Positions 1 to 13,099 of a DNA stretch of 64,000 nt are shown piece after piece. Every line of letters begins with the position of its first letter. Position 1 is the stretch's first letter. Origin of the DNA: Eledone cirrhosa (Eukaryota); the NCBI GenBank assembly GCA_964016885.1, contig OZ024744.1:100874001-100938000 (forward strand), read 5' to 3'. Made by a program: the position numbers and the translations under genes. Below the pieces are notes generated by a model, which was given only the letters and a program-made list of their open reading frames with translations, had not been told where the DNA came from and searched no databases.

Positions 1-305
1 TCTAATATACACCCCACATACCCTCCCACTTCCGCCCACACCATCCTTACTCTGTAAAGTGGTCATGTAGGTGTCAACAAAAAACACCCAGTCCACACTA
101 AAGTGGTCATGTAGGTATCACAACCAAAAACACCAGTCCACACTGTAAAGCGGTTGTGTAGGAGACACATCAAAAGGTACCCAGCACACACATAGAAACC
201 AAGCCAAAACGAAATGCATGAGCAGGGCATGGTCACCTGACTTGTCTAGCCACAGCATGTAACAGCCCACCTAACCCATGCAAGCATGGAAAATAGACTT
301 TTAAC
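1..305 (+). mobile_element. 3' UTR/tail of RTE LINE family A
   Basis: Internal ~45-bp repeats (ctgtaaagtggtcatgtaggtgtc...) and the terminal taacccatgcaagcatggaaaa motif shared with 35860-36140. Confidence 0.75.
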
Positions 306-1008
306 CAGTACTAGGTAAACTATGGCTCATTTGGCTTTCTGAATGGTACGCTTGATTTCGAAATCTTGAATTCTTAAGTAGTATGGCCTGCTTTATGATG
401 AACTACATCCTAGGTGGTCCACTGCTTGAAAAATGTTGCCCATGCCTGCTTTAAACAGTGATGATGATGGTGTGTCTGTATACACATACTATTCTTTGAT
501 ACATTCCTAAAAAGTCAGCACTATACAGGGTCTCATAATAAAATAGGGGTGTCAGCTTGAAAGCTATTTTTAACAGTTGTATGGACATAAATGAAGAATA
601 ACAGACATTTCTTCACATGACGATGTCACACATTGCACTTTACAGTTATAATTAAATGATAAATTAAGAAGACCTTAATTAACATTATGATACAATTATT
701 CAATTATTAACCTGGTTTAAATTAATCAATTTTTATCACAAGTCCACAGGCCTAATCAGCATTAATTCAGTTGAAATGCAACAAGAAATAAGACAGAAGA
801 GATTGTGTCAAGAAGAGGTACTAAGTTTCTTCTTCACACATTGGTTCCTATTCAAAGAATGTACTTCATGTGTGTGTGTTCTTGAATCATCTCACATGAA
901 GCAATTCACAATAACAGGATATTACAACTTTAAAAAACCCTCTCTTTGTCTTGTTCTTTCTCTCCCAATCAGGGTAATTCTTAGTAAACTGGGCCATGTT
1001 TTCCTTAA

Positions 1009-1389
1009 CCCTTTAGCATTTACATTATTCTATATTTACTACTAGGGCAGTATCGGTAGAGGGTCGGATGCCATGCTTTGACGCATAGAGTTACGGCCCT
1101 TGCCATTCTGAGTTCAAATCCCGCCGAGGTTAACTTTGCCTTTCATCCGCACGGGGTCGATGAAATAAAGTACCAGTAATGTATTGGGTAATTGATAGCT
1201 TTGTGACAAAAGTAGAAACAATTATTCTATATTTACTATTGTATTTTCAAGGTAAAGGCCTTACCTACGAGATTTTGATGTTATTTTATATTTTGAGAAC
1301 AATACCTTAACATCAATATGAGCAACTGGTTTGAACAGAAAGAGGTGAGAGAGTTCTGGCCAGATATGGCCGGTTTATATACTAAAGGG
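1009..1389. mobile_element. piggyBac-type MITE (TTAA TSD) containing a SINE insertion
   Basis: TTAA|CCCTTTAGCATTTA ... TATATACTAAAGGG|TTAA, with TTAA at 1005-1008 and 1390-1393. Homologous to the copies at 5187, 32394 and 55086. Confidence 0.85.
1045..1226 (+). mobile_element. tRNA-derived SINE family 1 inserted in the MITE
   Basis: B-box GAGTTCAAATCC and central ctttgcctttcatcc..ggggtcgat..aataaagtaccag block; 18-bp TSD attattctatatttacta at 1024-1041 and 1221-1238. Confidence 0.9.
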
Positions 1390-1781
1390 TTAATCTGGGT
1401 GATGTAGTTTCTGAAGAATTCACTTGTAAAGTTATTTCTGTTATAACTGGTCATTCAGAATTTTTTATGGGAGTTAAGAAGAGAGCAATTGATTATATCA
1501 ACCAGTACTAGGCTGTTGCTTGTTCTTTTGATTCTGGAAGAACAGAAAGTATCAATATGGCCACTGCAAAAGATGTCCTTCACATCAACTTTGCTGTTGT
1601 CACATCTACTTTGGTTCAGTATCTGCTGTTACTGCATTCATTTTAACTTCTTTTACTGATACGCTCCCTCACTCACTCTCTCATACTATTACTACTTTCT
1701 ACTCCTATATTACACACCATACATACACACATATGTGAGTGTATACATAGAAAACTGGATAAAAAAAATTCTATACCAACT

Positions 1782-3484
1782 ATGGAATTTACACCTGCAG
1801 TGCTGCAATGTCACCTTAAGAATAAACGCAACCATGCCTCTCCTGGTCTTGATGGTGTTATGTACCTGCTTCTCAAACGTGGTGGGTACTTCCTTCTGCA
1901 CCAGCTTTCATTCTTCTTTCATCTCTGCCTTGACAACGGTGCTACTCCAGAGTGGTGGAAAACTGCCAGTGTCATTCCTCTGTTCAAAAAGCGTGACCGC
2001 ACGTCACCTGTGAACTATCGTCCAGTCAGTCTTACTAGCTGCATCGCCAAACTGATGGAATCCTGTGTCAGAGAAACACTTTGGAACTTCTGGAACTCTC
2101 ACAATTTGGATTTATCCCTTACTCCAACTGCTGTGATCAACTTATCGAGTTCCTTGAAGAAATCACTTGGATCACTGATGGCAGCTCATGGGTGGATGTT
2201 GTTTACCTTGACTTTGCTAAAGCTTTCAATTCTGTGCCACACAAAAGACTTATTGCAAAACTCTGCAATGGGAGTGAGAGATGATCTTTATAACTGGTTG
2301 AAGTCCTTCAATCTCAATTGAAAAGAGGTAATCATGGTTCTAGGACAGCATTCTTCACCCTATGAGATGTCATCTGGTGTACCGCAGGGATCTGTTCTTG
2401 GTTCCCTTTTGTTTGTTGCATATATTATTGACATAGATGCCAACTAAAATAATTGTTTCTACTTTTGGCACAAGGCCAGCAATTACTCCAGTGTGTTACT
2501 GGTACTTTATATTATTGACCCCGTAAGGATGAAAGGTAAAGTTAACCTCGGCGGGATTTGAACTCAGAATGGCAAGGGCCGAACTGAAGTATGCAGATGA
2601 CATCAAATCCTGAACACTATAGATTTTGCCTCCAATCTGACCTGGACACAATGCAGCAATAGATCACATACTGGCAACTCAAGCTGGCTGTGGACAAGTG
2701 TACCACCATGTTTTTGGGGAAAAAAACCCAACGTCCACATACTCCCTTCACAACACTAATGTCACTAATGTGAACGTGACCTGGGCATTACTGTCAGCAG
2801 CAATTTGCGTTGGACGAAGCACATCTCTAAAATTGTCGAGAAGACTGAGGGTGTCTTGGCATCACTCAGCAAGACTTTTGTCAGCCACTCTCCAGCTATC
2901 TATTTAAAGCTGTATATAGCTATGGAGCAGCCACACTTAGGGGTTCCAGATTGGTGATGCAAATTCTATCTTGCTCAGATCATTGACTGCCTGGAAACTG
3001 TTCAGAGATGTGCAACCAAGCGAATACCCTCCATGAAGCATCTACCATACTCTGAGTACCTTGAAGCTCCGATATCTGGCAACTGACTTGGTAAACACCC
3101 ACAAAATTATTAACCATCTTGCCAACAACCCTGAGTACCTTTTTGAGTTTCATATGGACATACCAACAAAGTCAGAAAACAGCACAGCTCCCATGACTTT
3201 CGGAAACATTTTTCACGCTCAAGAGTTGCTGAAGCATGGAACAAACTACTTGCATCAGTTGTTAGCTGCTGAGACACTGCATCCTTGAAAACCTCTGTTT
3301 CCTGAAATTCGCCAACACTATATCTGATAGCCCCCCCCCCCACCCCACCCCACCCCACCCCATACGCACGCGCACATGTATATGTGTGTATATCATGACT
3401 CATACACTTCACTTTCCTGACATTGCACTTTTGAGTGTAGTGCACCTGAGCACTGTACACAATAATTTCATTATTATTATATTA
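1782..3484 (+). mobile_element. Decayed CR1-group LINE (RT to 3' tail), interrupted by a SINE
   Basis: PGLDG...WKTASVIPLFKK...NYRPVSLTSCIAKLME, YLDFAKAFNSVPH, GVPQGSVLGPLLF and YADD (~2588); frameshifts and stops; tail ...cacaataatttc(att)n. Confidence 0.88.
2447..2585 (-). mobile_element. SINE family 1, 5'-truncated, inside the CR1 RT
   Basis: Reverse complement of the family-1 core and tail. Confidence 0.88.
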
Positions 3485-3764
3485 TGTATATATGTGGGTG
3501 TATATATATATATGTACATTAAGAAAATCGAAGTTTCATTTACATGTATTTAATTGTTTTATTTATTGTGTGTCAACCTGTTACATGTATTTCACAGAGG
3601 ATTGGCTCAGTGTCAGCCATAGAAGTTATGGATGTGACTCCATTATTGATCTGCTCCTCAGACTGGCAATTCAACAAAAAATATAGTGTTTGTTATATAT
3701 ATATACACTCTGCCTATGGATTGAGTGCTTGTTTTGGTACCACCACCAGTAATTCACAGAATCA

Positions 3765-3970
3765 CTCACTACCTGTGATCCCACTAAATCTTTTATGTAC
3801 CCATAGCTTGCATTTGGGACATAGAATGAAATTTCTACCTACACCTTTCCCACAAACTGAGCAAAGCAATTTCCCTGAGGAAATCTGGGCCCTATTTTCT
3901 TTTCTATGTTAGGCGATGCTTCCAGATTTGGAATTTCTTCTCTAATTCTGCCATAGATTCAACTATGAGG
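3765..3970 (-). mobile_element. RTE family A fragment
   Basis: Homologous to the post-YADD/PHD region of 34920-35170. Confidence 0.7.
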
Positions 3971-4013
3971 GTATATATCATTTATATATATATATATGTG
4001 TGTGTGTATAAAT

Positions 4014-4163
4014 GTGGTTGGTATTAGGAAGGGCACTCAGCTGTAGAAAACCTGCCAGGTAGTCCTATTCAAGCGAGACACGGTCACCCGATCAATCTTG
4101 CCTCAAGTGGGACAATTCCCATGCTAGCGTGGAAGATAGACATTAAACGATGACAATGATGAT
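4014..4163 (+). mobile_element. RTE family A 3' tail
   Basis: ggttggtattaggaagggca...cccatgctagcgtggaag...gatgat. Confidence 0.75.
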
Positions 4164-4635
4164 ATATGTTAAGTATTTCCATAGAAAAGGTAAAGGAAAG
4201 AAGAGTGCTCTATGTATAGTACAGAGCTATTTAATTATATAATAAACAACACAATATAATTATTCCATTACTGAAGGTTTCGAGAAACTAGATGATTCTT
4301 ACAGAAACGTCTAGCTCGGTTGTCGGACAAAACAATTGTATATATATATAGGTAAAATTCTATTATACTGAAAAATTTGTGATAATGGTATTTGTTATAA
4401 CAAAATTTTTTGCAATCCCTGACCACATGCTTGATGTGTTAGGTCAATCTCATTATAAAGAATTTTTCATTATAACGTAATTTCACTATATGTGTACGTC
4501 TGTGTATAATTTTATTTCAAATAGAAGTGACTATTACTGTTTTGTTATCTAGTCAGCCTATCTCTACTTAATATATTGAGTACTCTAATCTGTGGTCTCT
4601 TTCTATTTTGTACTGGAAAACCATTGTATTTTATC

Positions 4636-4971
4636 GGAGGCACATGGCTTAGTGGTTAGAGCATTGGCCTTGCAATAGAAAGGTTGTGAGTTCAATTCTC
4701 AGAACGGGTGATGTGTTGTTTCCTTGAGCAAGACACTTTATTTCACATTGTTCCAGTTTACTCAGCTGTAGAAATGAGATGATAGGGACTGGGGTCCCTA
4801 TCATTCCACTGCAAAGTGGTCGTGGGGGTGCCACGGCAAAAAAAAGCACCCAGTACTCACTGTAAATGAGGTTGGTGTTAGGAAGGGCATCCAGCTGTAG
4901 AAATCAAGCCAGAATCAGTTCCCGTCCCACCCTTGCAAGCAGGGAAAAGTGGACGTAAAATGAAATGATGA
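4636..4971 (+). mobile_element. tRNA-derived CORE-like SINE family 2
   Basis: A box TGGCTTAGTGG and B box GAGTTCAATTC; CORE-like ccttgagcaagacactt...ctcagctgtagaaatg; RTE-derived tail ending in ggacgtaaaatg(aaatg). Confidence 0.9.
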
Positions 4972-5186
4972 ATCAGTGTTTTTCACTCCTAATTTCACTG
5001 CATCAAGTTATAAGCGCCGTCTTCTCACTCCTCTGTCAGAGTGGCAACAAACCAGTAATTGATTCATTAGAAATTTATAACAAACGGCACTACTGTTCAC
5101 AATATAGAAAATAACATTAGCATTTCATAAGTTCATCACAAGCCGTGTGTGATGGTCGTGGTGATGATGATATAAGCTCCCCTTAA

Positions 5187-5563
5187 CCCTTTAGCATTTA
5201 AACCGGCCATAACTCTCTCACCTCTTTTCTTCAAACTGGCTGTAACTGGCCATTCATACTGATGTTAAGGTATTGTTCTCAAAATAAATAACATCAAAAT
5301 TTTGTAGATTCAATATTATGTAAGATAAAGCCTTTTCCATGAAAATACAATAGTAAGTATAGAGTAATGTAAATGCTAAAGGGTTAACACCAGCCAGAAT
5401 TCTCTCACCTCTGTTCAAACCATCTGTAACCGGCCACTCATACTGATATTAAGGTATTGTTCTCAAAATAAATATCAAATCTCATAGATTTGATATTTTG
5501 TGAGGTACAGCCTTTACTGTGAAAATACAATCGTATATATAGAGTAATGTAAATGGTAAAGGG
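5187..5563. mobile_element. piggyBac-type MITE: one complete copy (5187-5383) plus a tandem copy lacking the left TIR (5388-5563)
   Basis: TTAA|CCCTTTAGCATTTA...TAAATGCTAAAGGG|TTAA; the second unit ends TAAATGGTAAAGGG|TTAA. Confidence 0.85.
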
Positions 5564-5949
5564 TTAATTTGGCTCGTCAAGAAATAAGGCGATGAGATGA
5601 CAGTCAATAGAAGATTGTAAAAAAGACTGTGGTATTCATTCCAGCTCTCCCTGTGTTTCTGTGTTCAATTCCCACCAAAGTCAACTTTGGCTTTCATTTT
5701 TTCACGGTCAATTTAAAAAAAAAAAAAGAAACAAATGTACCAGTCTAATATTGGGGTGGATTTTTATTTTGTATCTGTTGGTTTTTCTTTCTCTGGAAGG
5801 AATTGGCTGTAAACAGGCCTGTATGTTACTCTACACCACACACATACATAAATGTATGTTACTCCACAAGACACACTTTTGTCTCCCTAAAGTCATTACT
5901 TCCCATGGGAAAAAATCCTATACTTTCTTTATAGACTTTTTATATATGC

Positions 5950-7345
5950 CACTAAATTACTACAAGAGCACATGTGATTCATTAGAGAGAATTAACTACA
6001 GAAGTATCAAGTTGATGGATCAGGTCATGAAAATTGTTGAAAGGGACAGAATTAGGGACAGAATCAGGTTAGTTATATTGCAGTTTTGATTTATGCCAAG
6101 TAGGGGTACAACCGATACCTTTTTTTTCTGGTGGGACATATATAGAAGTACTGTGCTAAGAGTAAGCCATTGTATCTAGTATTTATAGGTCTGTAGAAAG
6201 CCTTTGACAGGGTCCCATACTCTGTAACCTGGTGGGCACTCAGGAAACTAGGTGTAGATGAATGGCTTATGAAGCATTTATAGAGGAGCAAACAACAGGG
6301 TGAGAGTTGGAAATGAGTACAACGATGAGTTTGAAGTGCAAGTGGGAGTCCACCAGGGATCTGTCCTCGGTCCACTCCTGTTTATTATTGTATTTCAGGC
6401 CATCATTGAAGAGTTTATAACAGGAACTCTATGGGAGCTCCTTTATGCTGATGGCTTAGTCCTCGAAGCTGAATCTGTAGGAGGGTTAGAAGCAAAATTT
6501 CAATCATGGAAGAACCTCCTAAAGCTGAAAGGCCTAAAAGTAAATTTAACGAAGACAAAAGTCCTAAGTATGAAAGAAGACTGGAAGATGATACACCAGG
6601 AAAGTGGCCTTGTTCGATATGTTAGAAAGGGTTAGGTAGAAATTTCATCAGGTGCACACAATGTAAAGTATGGACTCAAAAGAGATGTAGACTGCAGAGG
6701 CTAGGAAAGATGGACTTTATATTTGGCAGATGCTCTGGGGAAGTAAGTACAAGGAACACATGTGAGATTCCCTCAGCTGCTATGGGAGCTCTCAAGAAGT
6801 TGTGGACAGCTCTTGCTACCTAGGCGATCAAATTAGTAGTGAGGGAGTATGCCCTGTAAGTGTGATAGCTAGGATAAGAACAGGCTGGAAGTAGTTTAGT
6901 GATCTATTACCACTGCTAATAACAACATGCTTTTCTCTTAGAGTGAAGGGTAAACTGTATGATGCTTGTGTGTGAACGGCAATGTTACATGGTAGTGAAA
7001 CATGAGCCTTGACTGCAGAGGCTAGGAAGAAATGAATTGAGTGTGTTCTGATAAATGTTTAATATTTGTGACATAGCAAAGAAAAAAACTTTGCATAAGG
7101 GGGAATTGGTTGTAGAGTGCAAGAGAGAAGACTGTCTTGGTATGGACATGTGATGTGCATGGAAAATAGCAGCTGAATAAAGAGATGCAGAGAAACCCCA
7201 GTTGCAGAGACCCATGGAAGAGGCAGACCAGGAAGATATGGGATGTGGTTGTAAGGACTGACCTTAGAAAGCTAAGCCTTAAAACAATAATGAAGAACGA
7301 CTGTGAAGGCTGGCACTATGCAGGGCTGACGAAGACCCAGCCTGT
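5950..7345 (+). mobile_element. Decayed RTE family A LINE (RT to C-terminus)
   Basis: NYRSIKLMDQVMK, VGVHQGSVLGPLLF, WELLYADG, MLHGSET; many stops and frameshifts. Confidence 0.88.
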
Positions 7346-8336
7346 AGCTTCTCATGTGACCTGACACCTACCTCTCCTTCAACTAACACTCCCTAACAGT
7401 CATTCTCAACTTCACTACTTCAACCCCTGTCCTCTATACAGACACACATTCCTGGCAGCTCACCCCCTCCCGTGAAGTGATTGGTGATATGAAGAGCTAC
7501 CACACATGGAGGACTTGCCAAGCAAACAAAGGGTCAAAAGGACCTTTCAACTGTGTCATGGACATGACAACCTCCCTAGTGTTGGTGATTTACATGATAA
7601 ATATATCCAGTACATTTTGTAAAGTATTTGATGATAGGAAGGACATCCAGACAAAGGGTCCAGATGACCCTTCAGTCGTGTCAAGGGCATAACAACCTCT
7701 CATGAGCACCCAATGAAACATGAGATTACATTAGTGAGACACAGATCCCTAGCTTTTTTGGGGAGGTCAGTTGCTCTGCTACAGTCCAGACTTGGTCTAT
7801 ATTGATTCATCCAACCATTGCTAGCAGGGAAAACAGACATTAAAATGACGATGATGAGATATATATTTTTATAAATACATGAAAGGCCAGTTATATGATG
7901 CCTGGGTGATGCTGCATGGTAGTGAGACATGGGCAGCAACTACAGAGGATATGCAACGGCTGGAGAGAAATGAAGCAAGCATATATATATTAAAATAACA
8001 GATTAAAGTTTAAGCAAAGAATCGCTGCTTCCTATCATCAAATACTTTACGGTTCTTATATATTTGATATATATTTATCCTTATCGAGCCCTCTTCAAAT
8101 TTATTATTATTACTATATATATATATATATATGTAAAAAGTAAACAGAAATAGCAAAACAATCGGTACAGTATATGGAAGGGATATATTAGGTTAACGCT
8201 TATAATAGCAGGAAGAAGGTCTTAACTTTTCGGACGCTAGTCCTTCTATTTATTTATTAAAATAACAGATTAAAGTTTAAGCAAAGAATCACTGCTTTCA
8301 CCCTTAACTGGATCTTCTGAAACTATATATATATAT

Positions 8337-8373
<37 letters not shown>

Positions 8374-9391
8374 AAAGGTGAAGTTGGAAATAGCAAGGAA
8401 AATATATTTTAGGATCTGTTTTTCTTTTTTTTTCTTTCTTTGATTCGTCAAAGTGACATTATTGAAAAGAAGACATTATTGAAAAAATGAGAGGGACAAT
8501 TCTTTTAAAAAAAAGTTTTATAATGTATATAAAGTATTTCCGGTTTCGATGGATTATTAAAATTCATCTTATCAAATGTTGAGTATTACAATTAAAAAGA
8601 ATTAACAGGAATTAAAAACTAAAAATTAAAGATTTAAAATTAAGTGTTAGAGTAAGTTTTTTTCCCATCTTTCTTGCTCAGAAGTGGACTGGAGAATCAG
8701 TTCTTGTGTATATAGAGAGAGGTGTGTAGTAATGATAGTAGCAGTAGTGTTGGTAGTTGTTTTCTTCACAGAACAAAATTGTTTTTTGGTGGCAAAGGAA
8801 ACATCCTGTAAATATGTGTATGTATATCTGATTGTGTTAATTGACTGGTCAAGAGTTCAAACAAGGATGGGGAATTGTAAGCTAGAGGTAAATTCTATGG
8901 TAGCAGTAGGGTTGTAAAAGAAATTCTATTATTGTAACTCGCAGAAAAATCACCCTCTCGAGTGGTTTTCTGCTAGCATGTGTAGTGTGTATATCGATAT
9001 TATACACAAGTATATATACATGTAGCTATGATACATCAAATAAAATCGTAATTGACAATATACACAGAAATTGAACGAAGACGTTGTTACACTGTCTTAT
9101 GTAATCAGTAACGTAATCCATGATACATTAAAAAAGACGATATTATATATAAACTGCATTAGGAGAAAATTAGTATGTTTATTTAAGTGATCGCCACCGG
9201 AAGTGTTGACATCACACACTCTCTCTTTCTATATATATGGTAGTTGAAGTGGTGGTGGTGGCAACGAAATACTGGAAGTGTAACTTTGAAAAAAGTCAAT
9301 TTTAAATTATTTATTTTTACGAAATTATTTTTGCTTACGAAATTTAGTAGATAAATTATGTAATATTCATTCATAACAATTATTTATTCAA

Positions 9392-9585
9392 AGGGCGGTG
9401 GATTGGCTGTATCGGTAGAGGGTCGGACGCCATGCTTTCCAGCATAGAGTTACCTCCCTTTATGATCTGAGTTCAAATCCCGCCGAGGTTAACTTTGCCT
9501 TTCATCCTTACGGGGTCGATAAAATAAAGTACCAGTAATACACTGAGATAATTGCAGGCCTTGTGCCAAAAGTAGAAACAATTAT
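9392..9585 (+). mobile_element. SINE family 1, full length
   Basis: gggcggtggattggc...gagttcaaatcccgccgagg...gtagaaacaattatt; flanked by the repeat acaattatttattcaaa. Confidence 0.9.
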
Positions 9586-9599
9586 TTATTCAAACTAAT

Positions 9600-10640
9600 C
9601 CAACTTATTTTACTAACGGGATAAAAAAAAAATAAACCGTACACAATCCCGGAGATCTTCCTTTATTATAGTTTAGATATGGTTTTAGGGAGTGTGTGTA
9701 TAGTGTGAGGGTGCATATATAACAGTACACACGTGTGTGTGTGTGTGGGGGGGGGCGGGGATTGTGGTGTGTGTGTTTTTTCAGCCTGTCAGTCACAGGT
9801 TCCTTTGTGGTAGGAAATTAAACATTTTTTTTTCAAAATTCAAAAAATTCCCAAAACTTAAAAAATTACTTCAAAATTAAAAAAATATTTTTAAAATTTC
9901 TAAATATAAAAAAAAAAAAAACCAGAGTAGAGTATCAGTAGTGGCTCTCGAACAGGAACTTCTGGAATGAGTAATTGTTTCTCTCTTATTTTGTGGTGTG
10001 TGTGTGGGGGGGGGGGGGGGGGGGGGGGGGTTTAATGGGAGTGATTACATATTTAATTTTGGTTTAAATTTGTTAATAAATAGTTTCTGCTTATTTATTC
10101 TTTGTTGTTGAGTGAAAGAATCGGAGCATTTGTAAAGGGGGGGGGGGGGGGGGCAGATTTTAGAGTTGGGTAGAGTCATTCCTGCACAATCTGCAATGTG
10201 GCTACTTAAGGGGATTTTTCTTGTGTTTACGTCTCGGATTTGTTGGCGATGGATGGTCATTCTTGTGAATAATGACACACCCATCTGTCCTATATAGTTA
10301 TGTTGACAGCCACCGCATTGATTACATAGATCAGGTTCTCTGAGTTGCAAGTGAAGTTATTTTTGGTTGCCTTTTGCTTTTTTAAATTTTAATAATTTTT
10401 TAGGTTTTGAGAATTTTCTGAATTTTGAAAAATTTTTTTAATTTCCCACCAGACAGGCTAACCTCCACCCCCACACACATGTGTGTATTGTTATATATAT
10501 ACACACACCACAAAATGAGAGAGAAATAATTACTCATTCCAGAAGTTCGAGAGCCACTGGTTTATTTTTAATTTTGAGAATTTTTTAAATTTTAGGAGAT
10601 TTTTTAAATTTTGAAAAGAGAGAGAGAGTTTCTGACTCCC
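9600..10640 (-). mobile_element. Penelope-like element fragment: GIY-YIG endonuclease C-terminus, 3' region and upstream inverted copy
   Basis: ORF 10045-10350: C..GC..NYIGQ....L..RM..HRQQI......PLS.H...C...FI.KFKPKLN, typical of PLE endonucleases. 9940-10005 is the inverted complement of 10500-10558. Confidence 0.8.
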
Positions 10641-10646
10641 AACAGA

Positions 10647-11460
10647 AGATGTACTGGCTATTTCCTACCATGTAGTGCATATTTCCTACAAAGATGTACT
10701 GAATATTTCCTACCATGTAGTGCATATTTCCTACGAAGATGTACATAATATTTCCTACCATGTAGTGCATATTTCCTACAAAGATGTACTGAATATTTCC
10801 TACCATGTAGTGCATATTTCCTACAAAGATGTACTGAATATTTCCTACCATGTAGTGCATATTTCCTACAAAGATGTACTGGATATTTCCTACCATGTAG
10901 TGCATACTTCCTACAAAGATGTACTGAATATTTCCTACCATGTAGTGCATATTTCCTACAAAGATGTACTGGATATTTCCTACCATGTAGTGCATACTTC
11001 CTACAAAGATGTACTGGATATTTCCTACCATGTAGTGCATACTTCCTACAAAGATGTACTGGATATTTCCTACCATGTAGTGCATATTTCCTACAAAGAT
11101 GTACTGGATATTTCCTACCATGTAGTGCATACTTCCTACAAAGATGTACAGAATATTTCCTACCATGTAGTGCATATTTCCTACAAAGATGTACTGGATA
11201 TTTCCTACCATGTAGTGCATATTTCCTACAAAGATGTACTGGATATTTCCTACCATGTAGTGCATATTTCCTACAAAGATGTACTGGATATTTCCTACCA
11301 TGTAGTGCATATTTCCTACAAAGATGTACTGGATATTTCCTACCATGTAGTGCATATTTCCTACAAAGATGTACTGAATATTTCCTACCATGTAGTGCAT
11401 ATTTCCTACAAAGATGTACTGGATATTTCCTACCATGTAGTGCATATTTCCTACGAAGAT
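10647..11460. repeat. 45-bp minisatellite, ~18 copies
   Basis: Unit aagatgtactgratatttcctaccatgtagtgcatayttcctaca; generates the spurious 15-aa-repeat ORFs. Confidence 0.97.
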
Positions 11461-11787
11461 CATCATCAGCATCATCATCATTTTACGTCCGCTTTTCCCT
11501 GCTTGCAAGGGTGGGACGGGAACTGAATCTGACTTGATTTCTACAGCTGGATGCCCTTCCTAACACCAACTTCATTTACAGTGGGTGCTGGGTGCTTTTT
11601 TCCTTGGCGCCTACATGTCCACTTTGCAGTGGAATGATAGGGACCCCAGTCCCTATCATCTCATTTCTACAGCTGAGTAAACTGGAGCAATGTGAAATAA
11701 AGTGTCTTGCTCAAGGAAACAACACATCACTCGGTCTGAGAATTGAAGTCACAACCTTTCGATTGCAAGGCCAATGCTCTAACCACA
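11461..11787 (-). mobile_element. CORE-like SINE family 2 (5' end clipped at a TA tract)
   Basis: Reverse complement of 4636-4971. Confidence 0.9.
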
Positions 11788-11807
11788 CATATATATATAT
11801 ATATATA

Positions 11808-12742
11808 TTTATTTATTAAAATAACAGATTAAAGTTTAAGCAAAGAATCGCTGCTTTCACCCTTAACGGGATCTTCTGAACTAAAAAAGTTAATCTGTGA
11901 ACGCAGAAGTAAATATTTCAAAAAGCGTTGCAACCGGAGGAAGACAGGAAGATGATACTTTGGTTCATGGAAACGTTCCCTGGCCAGGAACGGAAAAAAC
12001 GAAGATAATACGTCATTATTTGGTGCATTGAAAACAATTACATGCAAAGACAAAACCACGTTTATGGTATAAACTGAAGTCGTAGACTAAAATTCTATTT
12101 ATGAAACCGAATGATTCTCGGCTTAAACGTGGTTTTGTCTTTGAGTGTAATTGTTCTCACCGCTCCACATAATGGTTTTTTATTTAGGCACAAGGTCAGC
12201 AATTTTTTTTGGGGGGAGTCGATGAAATTAACCCCAGTGCGTGACTGGTACTTTATTTTATCGACCCCGTAAGGATGAAAGGCAAAGTTAACCTCGGGGG
12301 GATTTGAACTCAGATCATAAAGGACCGTAACTCTATGCGACAAAGCATGGCGTCCGACCCTCTACCGATACTGTCAATCCACCGCTCCACATAATGACGT
12401 ATTATCTTCGTTTTTTCCGTTCATTGCCAGAGAACGTCTCCATGAACCACCTAATAGAATATTAGTCTACGACTTCATTTATACCATAAACGTGGTTTTG
12501 TCTTTGCGTGTAATTGCTTTCACCGCACCAAATAATGACGTATTATCTTCGTTTTTTTCCGTTCTTTGCCAGGGAATGTTTCCACGAACCAAAGTATCGT
12601 CTTCCTGTCTTCCTCCGGTTGCAACGTTTTTTGAAATATTTACTTCTGTGTTCACAGATTGACTTTTTTAGTTTCAGAAGATCCCGTTAAAGGTGAAAGC
12701 AGCGATTCTTTGCTTTAACTTTAATCTGTTATTTCAATAAAT
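11808..12742. repeat. Fold-back element with ~290-bp inverted arms and a SINE in the loop
   Basis: 11808-12099 is the reverse complement of 12452-12742. Family fragments recur at 7990-8115, 8250-8322 and 19273-19715. Confidence 0.9.
12175..12385 (-). mobile_element. SINE family 1
   Basis: Full-length reverse copy; direct repeat caccgctccacataatg at 12158-12174 and 12380-12396. Confidence 0.9.
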
Positions 12743-12831
12743 ATTTGCTCTACGGTTCTTATATATCTGATATATATTTATTTATCCTTATCGAGCCCTC
12801 TTTGGATTTTAGTCTTCAAATTTATTATTAT

Positions 12832-12868
<37 letters not shown>

Positions 12869-13099
12869 AAAGTTTTATTTAAAATTGTTGGGTTACAACA
12901 AGTAAATATTTTATAACCGATATAAAACACTCGACAAGTTTTATATATATATATATATATATATATACTTGGCATGGCTATAAAGTATTTACAATAGTAG
13001 GCTGTGTGCTGTATATAGCAGTAAATGAAGTACTATTAGTTGGAATTTTAACTTTGTTGTACACATGTGATATTCTGTATGAAGGCTGTATTTTGTCAC

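Noticed and set aside
523-640. TACAGGGT... Tc1/mariner-like MITE start
   Set aside because: No matching right TIR could be found.
870-1460. Minus-strand ~60-aa frame restored by removing the TTAA MITE (MTSYNRNNFTSEFFRNYITQIKENMAQFTKNYPDWE...)
   Set aside because: Short, with no recognisable motif or supported splice sites; cannot be distinguished from chance.
4636-4710. tRNA gene calls at SINE heads (both families)
   Set aside because: A/B boxes are present but there is no proper acceptor stem, and each head is followed by SINE body and tail.
8645-8806. Possible minus-strand terminal exon after tttacAG
   Set aside because: Low-complexity translation with no recognisable domain and no partner exon.
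10585-11526. 307-aa and 283-aa repeat-protein ORFs
   Set aside because: They are stop-free readings of a 45-bp minisatellite on both strands, extending into a SINE tail.
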